A DNA stretch of 64,000 nt from Eledone cirrhosa (lineage: Eukaryota). A program made the translations under genes and the position numbers. Within the stretch, counting starts at the first letter, position 1; every line of letters begins with the position of its first letter. Where the stretch lies: NCBI GenBank assembly GCA_964016885.1, contig OZ024742.1, positions 224,068,001 to 224,132,000 of the forward strand, given 5' to 3'. The notes beneath the pieces are model-generated. The model was not told the origin of the DNA, made no database searches, and worked only from the letters and a program-made list of their open reading frames with translations. Positions 1-14,410 of the stretch are shown piece after piece.

Positions 1-224
1 CTAGAGAGAGAGAAAGAGAGAGAGGGGGGGGGCAGTAAGATTAAAGGCTGAAGGTATGAAGAAAGAGCAATGAGAGGAGAATTAGTTGATGTTGATCATA
101 ATACAGTCGTTTGGTGATTGTTTAAGTTGGACTGTTTGATGTGAAGATTGTTTTGGTGTGGACATCTAGAGGCTATATATATATATATAGGAACAGAGAG
201 AGAAGGAGACAGGGAGATAGAGAG

Positions 225-281
<57 letters not shown>

Positions 282-295
282 TAGAGAGAGAGATA

Positions 296-360
<65 letters not shown>

Positions 361-481
361 CCACAGTTTGTTTTAATGTGGATAACTAGATGTGAGAGAG
401 ATAAATGTGTAGGCAGACAAACAGACAAACAGACAGATAGATAGATAGATCGATAGATAATAGATAGAAAGTATATATATA

Positions 482-670
482 TAATTGTTTCTACTTTAGG
501 CACACGGCCAGCAATTACCCAGTGCATTACTGGTACTTTATTTTATCGACCCTGTAAGGATGAAAGGCAAAGTCAACCTCGGCGGGATTTTAACTCAGAT
601 CGTAAAGGGACGTAACTATGCTGGAAAGCATGGCGTCCGACCCTCTACCGAAACTGCCAATCCACCGCCC
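482..670 (-). mobile_element. tRNA-derived SINE (Nin/Deu-domain-like core)
   Basis: The minus strand reads GGGCGGTGGATTGGCAG...GAGTTAAAATCCCGCC (A/B-box-like head), then GACTTTGCCTTTCATCCTT..GGGTCGATAAAATAAAGTACCAGT. Several near-identical copies occur in the window. Confidence 0.8.
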
Positions 671-681
671 TATATATATAT

Positions 682-872
682 ATAATTGTTTCTACTTTTG
701 GCACAAGGCCAGCAATTACCCAGTACACTACTGGTACTTTATTTTATCGACCCCGTAAGGATGAAAGGCAAAGTTAACCTCGACGGGATTTGAACTCAAA
801 CCGTAAAGGGACGTAACTATGCTAGAAAGCATGGCGTCCAACCCTCTACCGATACTGCCAATTCACCGCCCT
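682..872 (-). mobile_element. Second tandem copy of the same SINE
   Basis: Near-identical to 482-670 and separated from it by a short TA run. Confidence 0.8.
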
Positions 873-933
873 CTATATATATATAATAGTGACGAAACAT
901 AAGTCAATTGCATGAACTCATAATCCTTTATTT

Positions 934-989
934 ACTGCTATATATATTTCGATGATAGCCATTGAATGGCTATGACCTCATCAGGCAGT
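934..989 (-). ncRNA. Type I hammerhead ribozyme motif in a PLE-like 3' end fragment
   Basis: Minus strand: ACTGC-CTGATGA-GGTC ATAGCCA TTCAA TGGCTAT CATC-GAAA-TATATAT-A-GCAGT. Stem I is ACTGC/GCAGT, stem III is palindromic, and AATAAA follows. Confidence 0.75.
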
Positions 990-1159
990 TAGTCAGTTCT
1001 TAGATATGTCAGCTCTGTGTTTATAGTGTTGATGGTATCAGACCCTTGGGACATATGAGCTTGTTAGGAATAATTTAATGTTGTCAGCAGGAATAGTCTT
1101 AATTCTCATTGGTCAGTTTGCAGATGCTAGTAGGGTTGAAATAGCTCCTTCAAGAGTCA

Positions 1160-3487
1160 CTGAGGCTAGGATATAATGTGTTGTGTAGTTTTAAAACTGA
1201 GGCTAGGATATAATGTGTTGTGTAGTTTTAAAACTGAGGCTAGGATATAATGTGATGTGTAGTTTTAAAACTGAGGCTAGGATATAATGTGTTGTGTAGT
1301 TTTAAAACTGAGGCTAGGATATAATGTGTTGTGTAGTTTTAAAACTGAGGCTAGGATATAATGTACAGTGTAGTTTTAAAACTGAGGCTAGGATATAATG
1401 TGTTGTGTAGTTTTAAAACTGAGGCTAGGATATAATGTGTTGTGTAGTTTTAAAACTGAGGCTAGGATATAATGTGTTGTGTAGTTTTAAAACTGAGGCT
1501 AGGATATAATGTACAGTGTAGTTTTAAAACTGAGGCTAGGATATAATGTGTTGTGTAGTTTTAAAACTGAGGCTAGGATATAATGTGATGTGTAGTTTTA
1601 AAACTGAGGCTATGATACAATGTACAGTGTAGTTTTAAAACTGAGGCTAGGATATAATGTGATGTGTAGTTTTAAAACTGAGGCTAAGATACAATGTACA
1701 GTGTAGTTTTAAAACTGAGGCTAGGATATAATGTGATGTGTAGTTTTAAAACTGAGGCTAGGATATAATGTACAGTGTAGTTTTAAAACTGAGGCTAGGA
1801 TATAATGTGATGTGTAGTTTTAAAACTGAGGCTAGGATATAATGTACAGTGTAGTTTTAAAACTGAGGCTAGGATATAATGTACAGTGTAGTTTTAAAAC
1901 TGAGGCTAGGATATAATGTACAGTGTAGTTTTAAAACTGAGGCTAGGATATAATGTACAGTGTAGTTTTAAAACTGAGGCTAGGATATAATGTGATGTGT
2001 AGTTTTAAAACTGAGGCTAGGATATAATGTGATGTATAGTTTTAAAACTGAGGCTAGGATATAATGTACAGTGTAGTTTTAAAACTGAGGCTAGGATATA
2101 ATGTACACTGTAGTTTTAAAACTGAGGCTAGGATATAATGTACAGTGTAGTTTTAAAACTGAGGCTAGGATATAATGTACAGTGTAGTTTTAAAACTGAG
2201 GCTAGGATATAATGTACAGTGTAGTTTTAAAACTGAGGCTAGGATATAATGTACAGTGTAGTTTTAAAACTGAGGCTAGGATATAATGTGATGTGTAGTT
2301 TTAAAACTGAGGCTAGGATATAATGTGATGTGTAGTTTTAAAACTGAGGGTAGGATATAATGTACAGTGTAGTTTTAAAACTGAGGCTAGGATATAATGT
2401 ACAGTGTAGTTTTAAAACTGAGGCTAGGATATAATGTACAGTGTAGTTTTAAAACTGAGGCTAGGATATAATGTGATGTGTAGTTTTAAAACTGAGGCTA
2501 GGATATAATGTGATGTGTAGTTTTAAAACTGAGGCTAGGATATAATGTGATGTGTAGTTTTAAAACTGAGGCTAGGATATAATGTGATGTGTAGTTTTAA
2601 AACTGAGGCTAGGATATAATGTACAGTGTAGTTTTAAAACTGAGGCTAGGATATAATGTGATGTGTAGTTTTAAAACTGAGGCTAGGATATAATGTGTTG
2701 TGTAGTTTTAAAACTGAGGCTAGGATATAATGTGATGTGTAGTTTTAAAACTGAGGCTAGGATATAATGTACAGTGTTGTTTTAAAACTGAGGCTAGGAT
2801 ATAATGTGATGTGTAGTTTTAAAACTGAGGCTAGGATATAATGTGATGTGTAGTTTTAAAACTGAGGCTAGGATATAATGTGATGTGTAGTTTTAAAACT
2901 GAGGCTAGGATATAATGTGATGTGTAGTTTTAAAACTGAGGCTAGGATATAATGTGTTGTGTAGTTTTAAAACTGAGGCTAGGATATAATGTGATGTGTA
3001 GTTTTAAAACTGAGGCTAGGATATAATGTGTTGTGTAGTTTTAAAACTGAGGCTAGGATATAATGTGATGTGTAGTTTTAAAACTGAGGCTAGGATATAA
3101 TGTGATGTGTAGTTTTAAAACTGAGGCTAGGATATGTGTTGTGTAGTTTTAAAACTGAGGCTAGGATATAATGTGATGTGTAGTTTTAAAACTGAGGCTA
3201 GGATATAATGTGATGTGTAGTTTTAAAACTGAGGCTAGGATATAATGTGTTGTGTAGTTTTAAAACTGAGGCTAGGATATAATGTGATGTGTAGTTTTAA
3301 AACTGAGGCTAGGATATAATGTGTTGTGTAGTTTTAAAACTGAGGCTAGGATATAATGTGATGTGTAGTTTTAAAACTGAGGCTAGGATATAATGTGTTG
3401 TGTAGTTTTAAAACTGAGGCTAGGATATAATGTTATGTGTAGTTTTAAAACTGAGGCTAGGATATAATGTACAGTGTAGTTTTAAAA
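1160..3487. repeat. 37-bp minisatellite, about 63 copies
   Basis: Unit CTGAGGCTAGGATATAATGT(GTT/GAT/ACA)GTGTAGTTTTAAAA. The period is 37, and one copy (about 3121) has a 3-bp deletion. Confidence 0.97.
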
Positions 3488-3679
3488 ATAAGATGAAACA
3501 TGCTCTCATGTATTCTTAATAACTTTTATCTTTCATTCATTAAAGCGTTTGTGATGGAGAACTGAAATGATAGAAGCCGAAAACAAATTGAAAATATACG
3601 TAAATCTGAGATCTGAGATAAAGAACTATAAAAAAAAAGTCTGAATACGTTTACTGGAATGAATGGGGGAGGGGGGGGA

Positions 3680-3945
3680 CAAGAAGAAGAAGAAGAAGAA
3701 GAAGAAGAAGAAGAAGAAGAAGAAGAAGAAGAAGAAGAAGAAACGAAGAAGAAGAAGAAAGAAAAAAGAAGAAAGAAGAAGGAAGAAGAAGAAGGAGAAG
3801 AAGAAGAAAAAGAAGAAGAAGAAGAAGAAGAAGAAGAAGAAGAAGAAGAAGAGAAATGAAGAAAGAAGAAGAAGAAACAAAGAAGAAGAAGAAGAAGAAG
3901 AAGAAGAAGAAGAAGAAGAAGAAGAAGAAGAAGAAGAAGAAGAAG

Positions 3946-4003
<58 letters not shown>
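3680..4003. repeat. (GAA)n then (CAA)n microsatellite
   Basis: Direct reading of the sequence. Confidence 0.97.
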
Positions 4004-4004
<1 letters not shown>

Positions 4005-4146
4005 GAAACATTAAATTTTGCATGGAATTTGTGGCAGCACATGGATTGGTGGGATTGCTAAACCATTGAACCTTTGGGTTCTGAGTTCCCGTGCGACGAC
4101 ACTGGTGCCAAGCCGGTGTCCTTCCTTGCTTTTCATTTGGACAACA

Positions 4147-4268
4147 TTGGTGCCACAGATAGGGGGACATTTATCTATGGCCAACTATTGGTGCTACAGA
4201 TAGGGGGACATTTATCTATGGCCAACTATTGGTGCTACAGATAGGGGGACATTTATCTATGGCCAACT
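4147..4268. repeat. 41-bp tandem repeat, 3 copies
   Basis: ATTGGTGC(C/T)ACAGATAGGGGGACATTTATCTATGGCCAACT repeated three times. Confidence 0.9.
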
Positions 4269-4964
4269 GCAGGTATCTTCCACGTAAAAAAAAAAACCTT
4301 GTCCAAGTCTTCGCCGTGGAGAGGAAATTTTTTTGTGTAGCTCCATGGTCCCTCAAGCCACACGGAGAAGACTACGAATGTGGTGAGGAAAAGACATCAT
4401 TAGGACAATAAGTAATATTATTTAAGTCATCTCAGCAAATTGTAGTTTGTTCAGTAAAATCAGTGGCGCGACATCACTACAATTAAACATTGTGACGCTA
4501 ATTCATGACGGTTTGAATAAAGCGACGTGTTAGCAGAATCTTTGGTGTGTTGGGTTAGATGCCTCTTTGTTTGTTTCGGCTCTTTGTGCTCTGAGTTCAA
4601 ATCCCACCGAGGTCAACTTTGCCCTTCATCCATTTGGGGTCGATAAATGAAGTGTCAGTCCAGTAGTGGTGGATTTGTGGTCGGACGATATGATCTTGGA
4701 AATATGTTCCAGCTCTGTGGATTCTGAGTTCAAATCCTCCCCCTGTCCCCAGAAAAACAGCGATACTTCTGTCAGGAATTGCAACCGACAGAACATATCG
4801 TCAATGGAAAGACCAATGGAAACATTGTGTTCTTATTCTGATCTCCCACTTGGCCTCTTTTCATTTTCCCTTTTAGTATAGAGTAAAAAACCTCACATAA
4901 AACTACTGTTGTAACTTTCGTGTTCGGTAATTAGTCAGCCGTAAAAGAAAAGCAAATATTTTCA

Positions 4965-5712
<748 letters not shown>

Positions 5713-5930
5713 TAATAACTAAATAAATAAATATGTAAATAAATTAATAAACAAGGTTAACAAAATGATTTAGTATGTAAACACACAGCAAAAACATTTC
5801 TTTAAACGTTAAGTTGTGAAATAAATGTTTACTTAACACATTTTAGTCGATGTTTTACGAGAGTAATTAAAAACGTAGGGATAGAATCGGCTGTTAGAAT
5901 AAAGGCGACGGTGGCGGAAAGAAAGAGAAA

Positions 5931-5970
<40 letters not shown>

Positions 5971-6519
5971 TCAACTAGACCGGTTATCGAAAAATCACAA
6001 ACACACACACATATACACGTATATATATAGCGTATGTGATGCACACACATACACACGCGCGTACACATACACACGCGTACACACACACACACACACACAC
6101 GCGCACACACACACACATATATAAATATAATTAAACTGTATGCATGTCGTCGTGTGTCACATCTGTTGAATCAGCGACAACAATGGATATTTTTTTTATA
6201 TACAAAGGGTTAAAGTCACCCCCATCGGTAGTTATTAAGTAGCTATTCATCGAAGTAACCCCCCCCCCTTCCTCTGCCGCCGCCGCGTGGAATTTTGAGT
6301 CAGTGTTATTTAACACTGCTCTGAGACAGCCCAGTCTCTGTGAGGGGAATTGTGTAGACGGAAACCCACCTGATTGTTTGGAAGCCTGCCTGATTTACTG
6401 TACCTCTACTTCAAAGGACTAACCTAGACACGCACTATTACGTTAAAGGTACACGTGTCAGTGGAATTCTTGGCCGCTTAACTATAATTGTTTCTACTTT
6501 TGGCACAAGGCCAGCAATT

Positions 6520-7106
6520 ACTAGGTCTCGACCTAGTTCTCGTCCCCGTTATTGTTCCCGCTGTAACACCTGTCCCTTCATTTCTAACCTCACCACACTC
6601 GTTCTTTCCGTATCCACCACTCCTTCATTTGCACATCCCCTCGCGTATTCTATGCCCTCCGGTGTTCCCTTTGAGGGTCCATATACATCGGAAAAACAGG
6701 CCACTGCCAGGTTGATCATTTCGCTAAACATTTGAGGGACATAAGACTCGGCATAGATAACCCTGCCAATCGTCATTTCCGTTTCCCAGGCCACTCCTCC
6801 CTATATCTCTCAGATCGCTGCCCTCACGCACCAGGACTGTGCAGAATCTGATTTTTCGGACTCAACTCCCCTCCTCAATTTCTTTAATCTTGCACACATA
6901 CGCTCGCACTTGGTTCTATATCACTAGCCACTGTCACACACACCTACCGCGTCCGCTGTCACAAATGCGTGCGCACATTCACAGCCTAGGTTCCTTCCTA
7001 TGGCTCTGTCACGGTCAGAAACACACTCTTACAGCTTTTACAGAGCAACATCACGCACACACCTACACTTATCCCGAGAGCTATGTACGGACCAACAACT
7101 AGCACA

Positions 7107-7138
<32 letters not shown>

Positions 7139-7162
7139 TGCGCGCGATCGCACGCACACATG

Positions 7163-7194
<32 letters not shown>

Positions 7195-7705
7195 TACCTA
7201 CATAAACTTATACACACATATTTCATCACAGCTTCGTACTTACAACAAAATACACACGCACTCTTTTAAACTTATATATATACACAAACATACCCCCTTA
7301 GCTTCAGACGGACAAATAGCAAACACACATGCACACGCATACGCACACGCACACACTATATATATACAAAACAATTTTTTTTCCTTTTCAGCTAGACGTG
7401 TTCGATCATCGCTTTTTAAAACAAAATCAACTGATTTTCTCATACAACAACGCCAGAATCAACAGTTTTCCAAGAAATGGTGACATGAATAGACTTTTCT
7501 TTCGTTTCTGCCACTACCCACTCTCCTCTATCTTTCTATTTCTATTTCTTCTTTAATTTCTCATTCTATTTTCTTTAATCTATTTTCTGATGAAGTACTA
7601 GCGTCCGAAACGTTAAGACACTTTTACGACTATATCAAACGTAAAACTAATTATATATTTCTTTATTGTACTGTGTTATTTCTGTTTAATATTTGCATCT
7701 ATCAA
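6520..7705 (+). mobile_element. Degenerate Neptune-like PLE 3' fragment with 3' UTR and HHR-like motif (7583-7618)
   Basis: Remnant GIY-YIG-like text (TACATCGGAAAAACAGGC = YIGKTG). The 3' UTR is homologous to 19860-20310. CTGATGAAG..CGAAACGTTA core present. Confidence 0.6.
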
Positions 7706-7713
7706 TATCCCCA

Positions 7714-7842
<129 letters not shown>

Positions 7843-8336
7843 CCGTCTTAGACTTCTGCTTTTCCCAATGTTACGACGAATGGCTTACAGAAAACGTTAC
7901 TACAACTCGTTAACAACACCCACTCCATTGTCAAGTGGTGCGTGTACGTGTGTGTGTGAGTGTGTGTGTGTGAGTGTGTTTGTGTGTGCGCGGCTGTGTA
8001 TATATGTATGTGTGCATGTGGTGGCAGTATTCCATTCTATTTAATATAACACACTAATCTCAGTACCCCTTCTCCTCCAACTGTAATCTTCTTTGACCAT
8101 CAATACTTTTATATACAATATGCCTAAACTCATTTACACTAACAACTTTCATTTCTTTTCTCAAAAGACATTTGATACCTTATCCACTGATGGCCTATTT
8201 ATTCATCTACTACCACCAACCTTAAGGATTTATACTGCCCCTTTCCATTCTTAACAATGGTCAATTTCAACCTGGTTATAAAACCTTACTTATTCATATG
8301 TATCTTTTGTTTTTGTATTCTTCAATAAACAAAACT

Positions 8337-8475
8337 CATTATTTCTGAAGACGGTGGGTAGTGAAGACGTATGTATTCTTTTCTCACTATGATATTATGT
8401 AATATGTTTTACATAGATCAATAATTTGAATGAACATACAGGGAACTACCCCCCAGAAACGATCGTAAAATAATG
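8337..8475 (+). ncRNA. Hammerhead ribozyme motif with greatly expanded stem/loop II
   Basis: CATTATTT-CTGAAGA-CGGTGGGTAGT...(about 80 nt)...ACTACCCCCCA-GAAA-CGATCG-TA-AAATAATG. Stem I has 8 bp, stem III is the palindrome ACGATCGT, and the site is GUA. Confidence 0.65.
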
Positions 8476-8531
8476 TATAATGTGTTTCACTATGAATTAA
8501 CAGTTTTGTGTTTAATTTCATTGTTTTAATA

Positions 8532-8633
<102 letters not shown>

Positions 8634-8762
8634 GAGAGAGAAATATTAAAACAATAAAATTAAACACAAAACTGTTAAACACCTGTGTTTTCTCTTTTAT
8701 ATATATATATATATATATAAAAGAGAAAACACAGGTAATTAACAATTAACAGTATATATATA

Positions 8763-9062
8763 TAAGAGAAAACACATGTAAGCATTAGGAGTAGGGTTTT
8801 ATCCAGGTATTTACAACCGTTTCATTGGTAAGTGCAACCTTATATTGCTATACTGCAAATAGCAGCCACTCAATTATAATTGTTGTTCACGTCCAAATTT
8901 TCAAAATTTTCACTATTTTGAAAATTTGGACGTGAATAACAATTATAATTGAGTGGCTGGTATTTGCAGTATAGCAATATAAGGTTGCACTTACCAATGA
9001 AACGGTCGTAAATACCTGGATAAAATCCTTCTCTTAATGCTTACCTGTGTTTTCTCTTTTAT
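8763..9062. repeat. Fold-back element with about 145-bp inverted arms
   Basis: AAGAGAAAACACA...CCAAATTTTCAAAA / TTTTGAAAATTTGG...TGTGTTTTCTCTT. The arms carry an HHR 3' half (GAAACGGTCGTA). Confidence 0.9.
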
Positions 9063-9560
9063 AGTTTATACTCCAAGATTGAACGGAATTCTTTCAAACT
9101 TGTGGAGTTACCCCTAACCGTACGTTGAAACCATCCATGAAACTGGCTTTCTTAACCACGAACTGGATCACAATAAGCAATTTTCTGCTTCCCTATATAT
9201 ATATATATATGTGTGTGTGTATATATATATAAACATATATACACATATACTGTATATGTATGCACACACATACATATATTTATATTCACATATACATTTA
9301 TTGCTGGGTGCGTCGAAAAAAGTTTAAAATGGCTTTTACGGTCGTCTTCAACTTCCTGATTGATATTTCAGCGCGTGTGTATGTATGTATGTATGTGCCA
9401 TTATTCTCACATCGGCTGCATTGGGTTATCCACTTCCGGTAATCTCCGTTCGTTACTATTACAACCCCCGGTCGATAACCACTTCACCGGTTTATTATAT
9501 TTTGAAAAATATGCCACCATCTTTCTTTTCCCTTTTTATCTTGATCATTTTTCACATATT

Positions 9561-9645
9561 CCTCCTCCTCCTGTTACTACTACTACTTCTATTACCACCA
9601 CCACCTCCACCATCACCACTACTACCACTACTACTACTACTACTG

Positions 9646-9690
<45 letters not shown>

Positions 9691-9708
9691 TTACACCAGC
9701 ACCACCAG

Positions 9709-9791
<83 letters not shown>

Positions 9792-9833
9792 TTACACTTC
9801 TATTACACCACCATCACCACCACCATCACCACC

Positions 9834-9876
<43 letters not shown>

Positions 9877-9903
9877 TCACCACCACCACCACTACAACTA
9901 CCG

Positions 9904-9958
<55 letters not shown>

Positions 9959-9971
9959 GACTTCTATTACC

Positions 9972-10049
<78 letters not shown>

Positions 10050-10050
10050 G
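9561..10050. repeat. (CTA)n/(CCA)n compound microsatellite
   Basis: Direct reading of the sequence. Confidence 0.95.
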
Positions 10051-10400
10051 TCCCTTTTATTGTCACCATTTCAACTATTGTTGTTTCCGTCGTCATCAAC
10101 CTGCCCTACCTAAACATTGCGCCTTTGTTCTCACTTTGTTTTCAAAATTAATGTTGCGACTGCTGTTGCTGCTGTTGTGTAAGCCATGATCAACGTTAGG
10201 TCAGTCTCAGGTCAACAACAGGTCAACACTAAATGTCAAGTGAAATTGCCAGAATTTGGTTCAACAACTCTGTCCGCTCCAACATAACATTCTAGAAGAG
10301 AGTAGCCCTCAATTGGTTGATATCCACCCCTAGGAGGTTAGTGAGGCAACACACAAGTCGACTGAACTTAATATTTGTATAAGAAAGGAAAATACATGAA

Positions 10401-10606
10401 ATAATTGTTTTTACTTTAGGCACAAGACCAGCAATTTGAAGGGGAGGGGAAAGTCGATTAAATGCGTTACTGATACTTTATTTTATCGACCCCGTAAGGA
10501 TGAAAGGTAAAGTTAACCTCGGCGGGACTTGAACTCAGAACCTTAAGGGCCATAACTCTATGCGGCGAAGAATGGTCTCCGACGCTCTACCGATATTGCC
10601 AATCCA
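10401..10606 (-). mobile_element. tRNA-derived SINE copy (same family as 482-670)
   Basis: TTTATTTTATCGACCCCGTAAGGATGAAAGG..AAAGT core. Confidence 0.7.
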
Positions 10607-10699
10607 CATAAAATAAATGAAAGGCAAAGTCAACCTCGGCCACATAAAACAATACAGCAAAATACAACTTGTTTATACATGTTTTTGATTTATATATGA

Positions 10700-11633
10700 C
10701 TAGCAGAAAAACCCGAAGGGTGGTTTTTCTGCTAGCATGTGTAGTGTGCATATTGATATCATATGCAACATAAACGTTATGATATAACGATGCAAATATC
10801 TGAACATTTATATAAGCGATATAATATAGCGTCCGTTATATCATAACCGGAAGTATTGACATTTGAATATTTTAAAAGTGAATCTTAAAATAAGCAATCA
10901 TTATATATAAGAATATTTATGTTTAATCAACAGCTACGAAATTTAGTACATAAATTATGTAATATTCATTCATTATTTATTCAAAGTAATCCAACTTATT
11001 TTACTAACAAGATAAACAAATATATTCAGGACACAGTCCCGTACTCCTTCCTTTATTATATTACTAGCAGTGGTACCCGGTGAAATATATAACCGCCTTA
11101 GATAAGCTTAGTATTGCCACAACCACGGCTGGCAAAGAAGTAAGGGTCTGGTGGTACGTAAGTAAGCAACACTGTGGCTTAAAACGTGTGGAAGAAGTTG
11201 TGTGCACTTACCAACTGTTTGAGGAATGAGTGTGAGATTTGTCTTGAGCAAGGGTGGCAAAATAATCGGAGGCAGCAGACAGCCAGACATACAGACAGAT
11301 ATTATAAAGGCGCGTTCTGGACGCAGAGCGAATTGTAGGAAGTGACATAATGCAGACAGCCAGACATACAGACAGATATTATAAGGGGGCGACGTTATAT
11401 GTATGTATCTATCTAAAAAGAGAAAGACTAAGAATTCTAGAGAGAGATCGTTAAATCGCCTAATGCGGTCCCTTTGGCATTGAAAATTTGAAATTTCTTT
11501 TGCTCAGAACACTCCCTGAAACATAAGTATTACATGTGTAAAGTTTGAAAACAGTCGGTTGGGTGTTTCTCTAGTTTTAGGGATTCAAACTCACACACAC
11601 ACAGACAGACATCCTCAGTTTTATATATATAGA
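10700..11633 (-). mobile_element. Non-autonomous Helitron-like element(s), possibly two head-to-tail
   Basis: The minus strand starts A|TCTATATATATAAAACTGAGGATGTCTGTCTGTG. There are two 3'-type ends, CCGGGTACCACTGCTAG|T (11064) and CGGGTTTTCTGCTAG|T (10700). Confidence 0.5.
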
Positions 11634-12839
11634 TGATTAATCTTTATTGTCTATTTATTATATATTTTGTTTATTGATATATTTATTTACTTACTATTGT
11701 AAGCGCCTGGAAGTCGATTTGGAGTGAAGGATTCCATGAAGGGATCCATGATCTAAATAGTTTAGGGATCCTAGCTCTCTATTCTGCACCCATTATGCTG
11801 TTTTGAATTTAACGTTATAACAACTGTTGTTGCTGTTGTTATATAACACCGGGTTAAGTCTAAACGTGTCGTAGAAACTTTTCAGTTGGTGAACCTTCTA
11901 TCACAAATCCTGTCATTCGTATAAGTCCTCTGGTTCCAGTGCTTAAGAACTCATGTATTTACCTAAGGGAAGACCCTAATAATTTTCAAGGTGATTTTGA
12001 AATAGCCTACGAATTAGTAGACACGTTATGGCGTCAGATTAAATTCTCCGGTGTTTGTTCCGGCTCACTACACTTTGAGTTCAAATCTCACCGAGGTTAA
12101 CTTTGCCTTTCAGCCTTTTAGGATCGATGGATAAAGTACCAATCCATAAACGTGGGGGGGGACTGGCAGAAATGTTAAAGAGTCGGACGTGATATTTTGG
12201 GATATCTGAACCATCTATTCGCGCTCGGAGTTCAAAATCTACCTCCTTTATGCCAGTAGTTGCTACTGACAGATAGTATCACAAATAGAAACATTGCTTT
12301 TTAGTCCTATCTGACGATCGACTCCTTCCACTTCTTTTTTATTCTATACTCGAAAACATTAATAGAACTTTGGAAAAAGACGTTTTTCCCATCTACGACT
12401 ATGTTAAAATTTCTTTTCTCTTTTCAAGTAATTCATACATTAAAAAGTAAAACTAAAATATAATTTAAAATAGAAGCAGACTTTCTATCGTCTGCTGAGA
12501 AGACGGTAAAGAGAAACGGATGTGAAAAACGTCTTCTAGATAAGCTGAATTAATTATGGGGTAACGTTAATGACAAACAGATGTACGTAACGATTTTTGA
12601 TTGGCTAAACGCCGTGCAGGTTTATATAATAAGCTCTATTCGCTATTAGACAGAGAAAAATCCACGTTTTATATTTTATGCTACTCTGGGTTTTAATCTT
12701 TCGCTGAATAAAGAAGAGAAAATTATATAAGTGAGCCTTCATTTCAAAGTGAACGTGCTAGATGCAACAAAGTGGCCATAAAATGTATACATAGATGAAA
12801 AACATGCATCTATTTTCTAAGGATAAGCCACATAGCCAT

Positions 12840-13028
12840 TTATATTCATACGTATGTATATATACATATTAATACATCCATATATACATACATACATACA
12901 TTCATAGATCCATACAGCCATACATATCTAGATACTTAAATATATTCACATATACATACTTACATATATACATACTTACATATATACATACTTATCTACA
13001 TATGTATACATATACAAATTCAGAAGCG

Positions 13029-13073
<45 letters not shown>

Positions 13074-13120
13074 TGTATATACATATATACATGCATCTCT
13101 CACTATATATACATATATAA

Positions 13121-13155
<35 letters not shown>

Positions 13156-13185
13156 TGTATGTATGTATGTATGTATGTATGTATG

Positions 13186-13252
<67 letters not shown>

Positions 13253-13339
13253 TTATATAGATATGTATATGCATATACATTTAGATATACATATATACAT
13301 ACGTACGTACATACGTACACATGCATAAATATATATATG

Positions 13340-13417
<78 letters not shown>

Positions 13418-13499
13418 CATATACACATATTACATACATATATATATATATATACACATATATATACATATACATGTATATATATACATATATATACAT

Positions 13500-13548
<49 letters not shown>

Positions 13549-13553
13549 TATAC

Positions 13554-13642
<89 letters not shown>

Positions 13643-13659
13643 TATATACATATACACAC

Positions 13660-13745
<86 letters not shown>

Positions 13746-13795
13746 ACATATACACACATATACATATATATATATATACATATATATATACAGAA

Positions 13796-13831
<36 letters not shown>

Positions 13832-14077
13832 ATAAATATATCAAGTAAAAGCAGAGGTAAGAAAGCTCAACCATCCAGATCATTAAAAGCAGCAATTATG
13901 TAAGCAGCGCACAGCTAAACAAGCGAGTAATGAGAAACACATAAAACAAGATATTTCTAGAAGGAAAACTTCGTGAATGTATGCGTGTATCCAGAACAAT
14001 CCTTAATATATATACATACATATATATATATACATACATAAATAAATATATATATATATATATATACATATATATAC

Positions 14078-14135
<58 letters not shown>

Positions 14136-14145
14136 GCATAAATAA

Positions 14146-14186
<41 letters not shown>

Positions 14187-14410
14187 ATTATACACACACA
14201 CACATACATATATTATATACACATATGTGTGTGTGTGTGTGTATTTTGTGTGTGCGTGCGCGCATGCATATATATTTATATTACCCCATTACGACGGCAA
14301 GGGGAATATATTTATGCATATATCTGTATTTATTATACACACACATATATATACAATATATATATATATATATATATTGTATGTATATATATATTATATA
14401 TATATATATA
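12840..14410. repeat. TA/TACA-rich microsatellite block
   Basis: Direct reading of the sequence. Confidence 0.95.

Noticed and set aside
1172-3470. Repeated TATAAT as bacterial -10 promoter boxes
   Set aside because: It is part of an AT-rich satellite in eukaryotic DNA, with no supporting context.
1160-3487. CRISPR array (37-bp repeat length)
   Set aside because: The repeats are directly adjacent with no unique spacers, there are no cas genes, and the context is eukaryotic.
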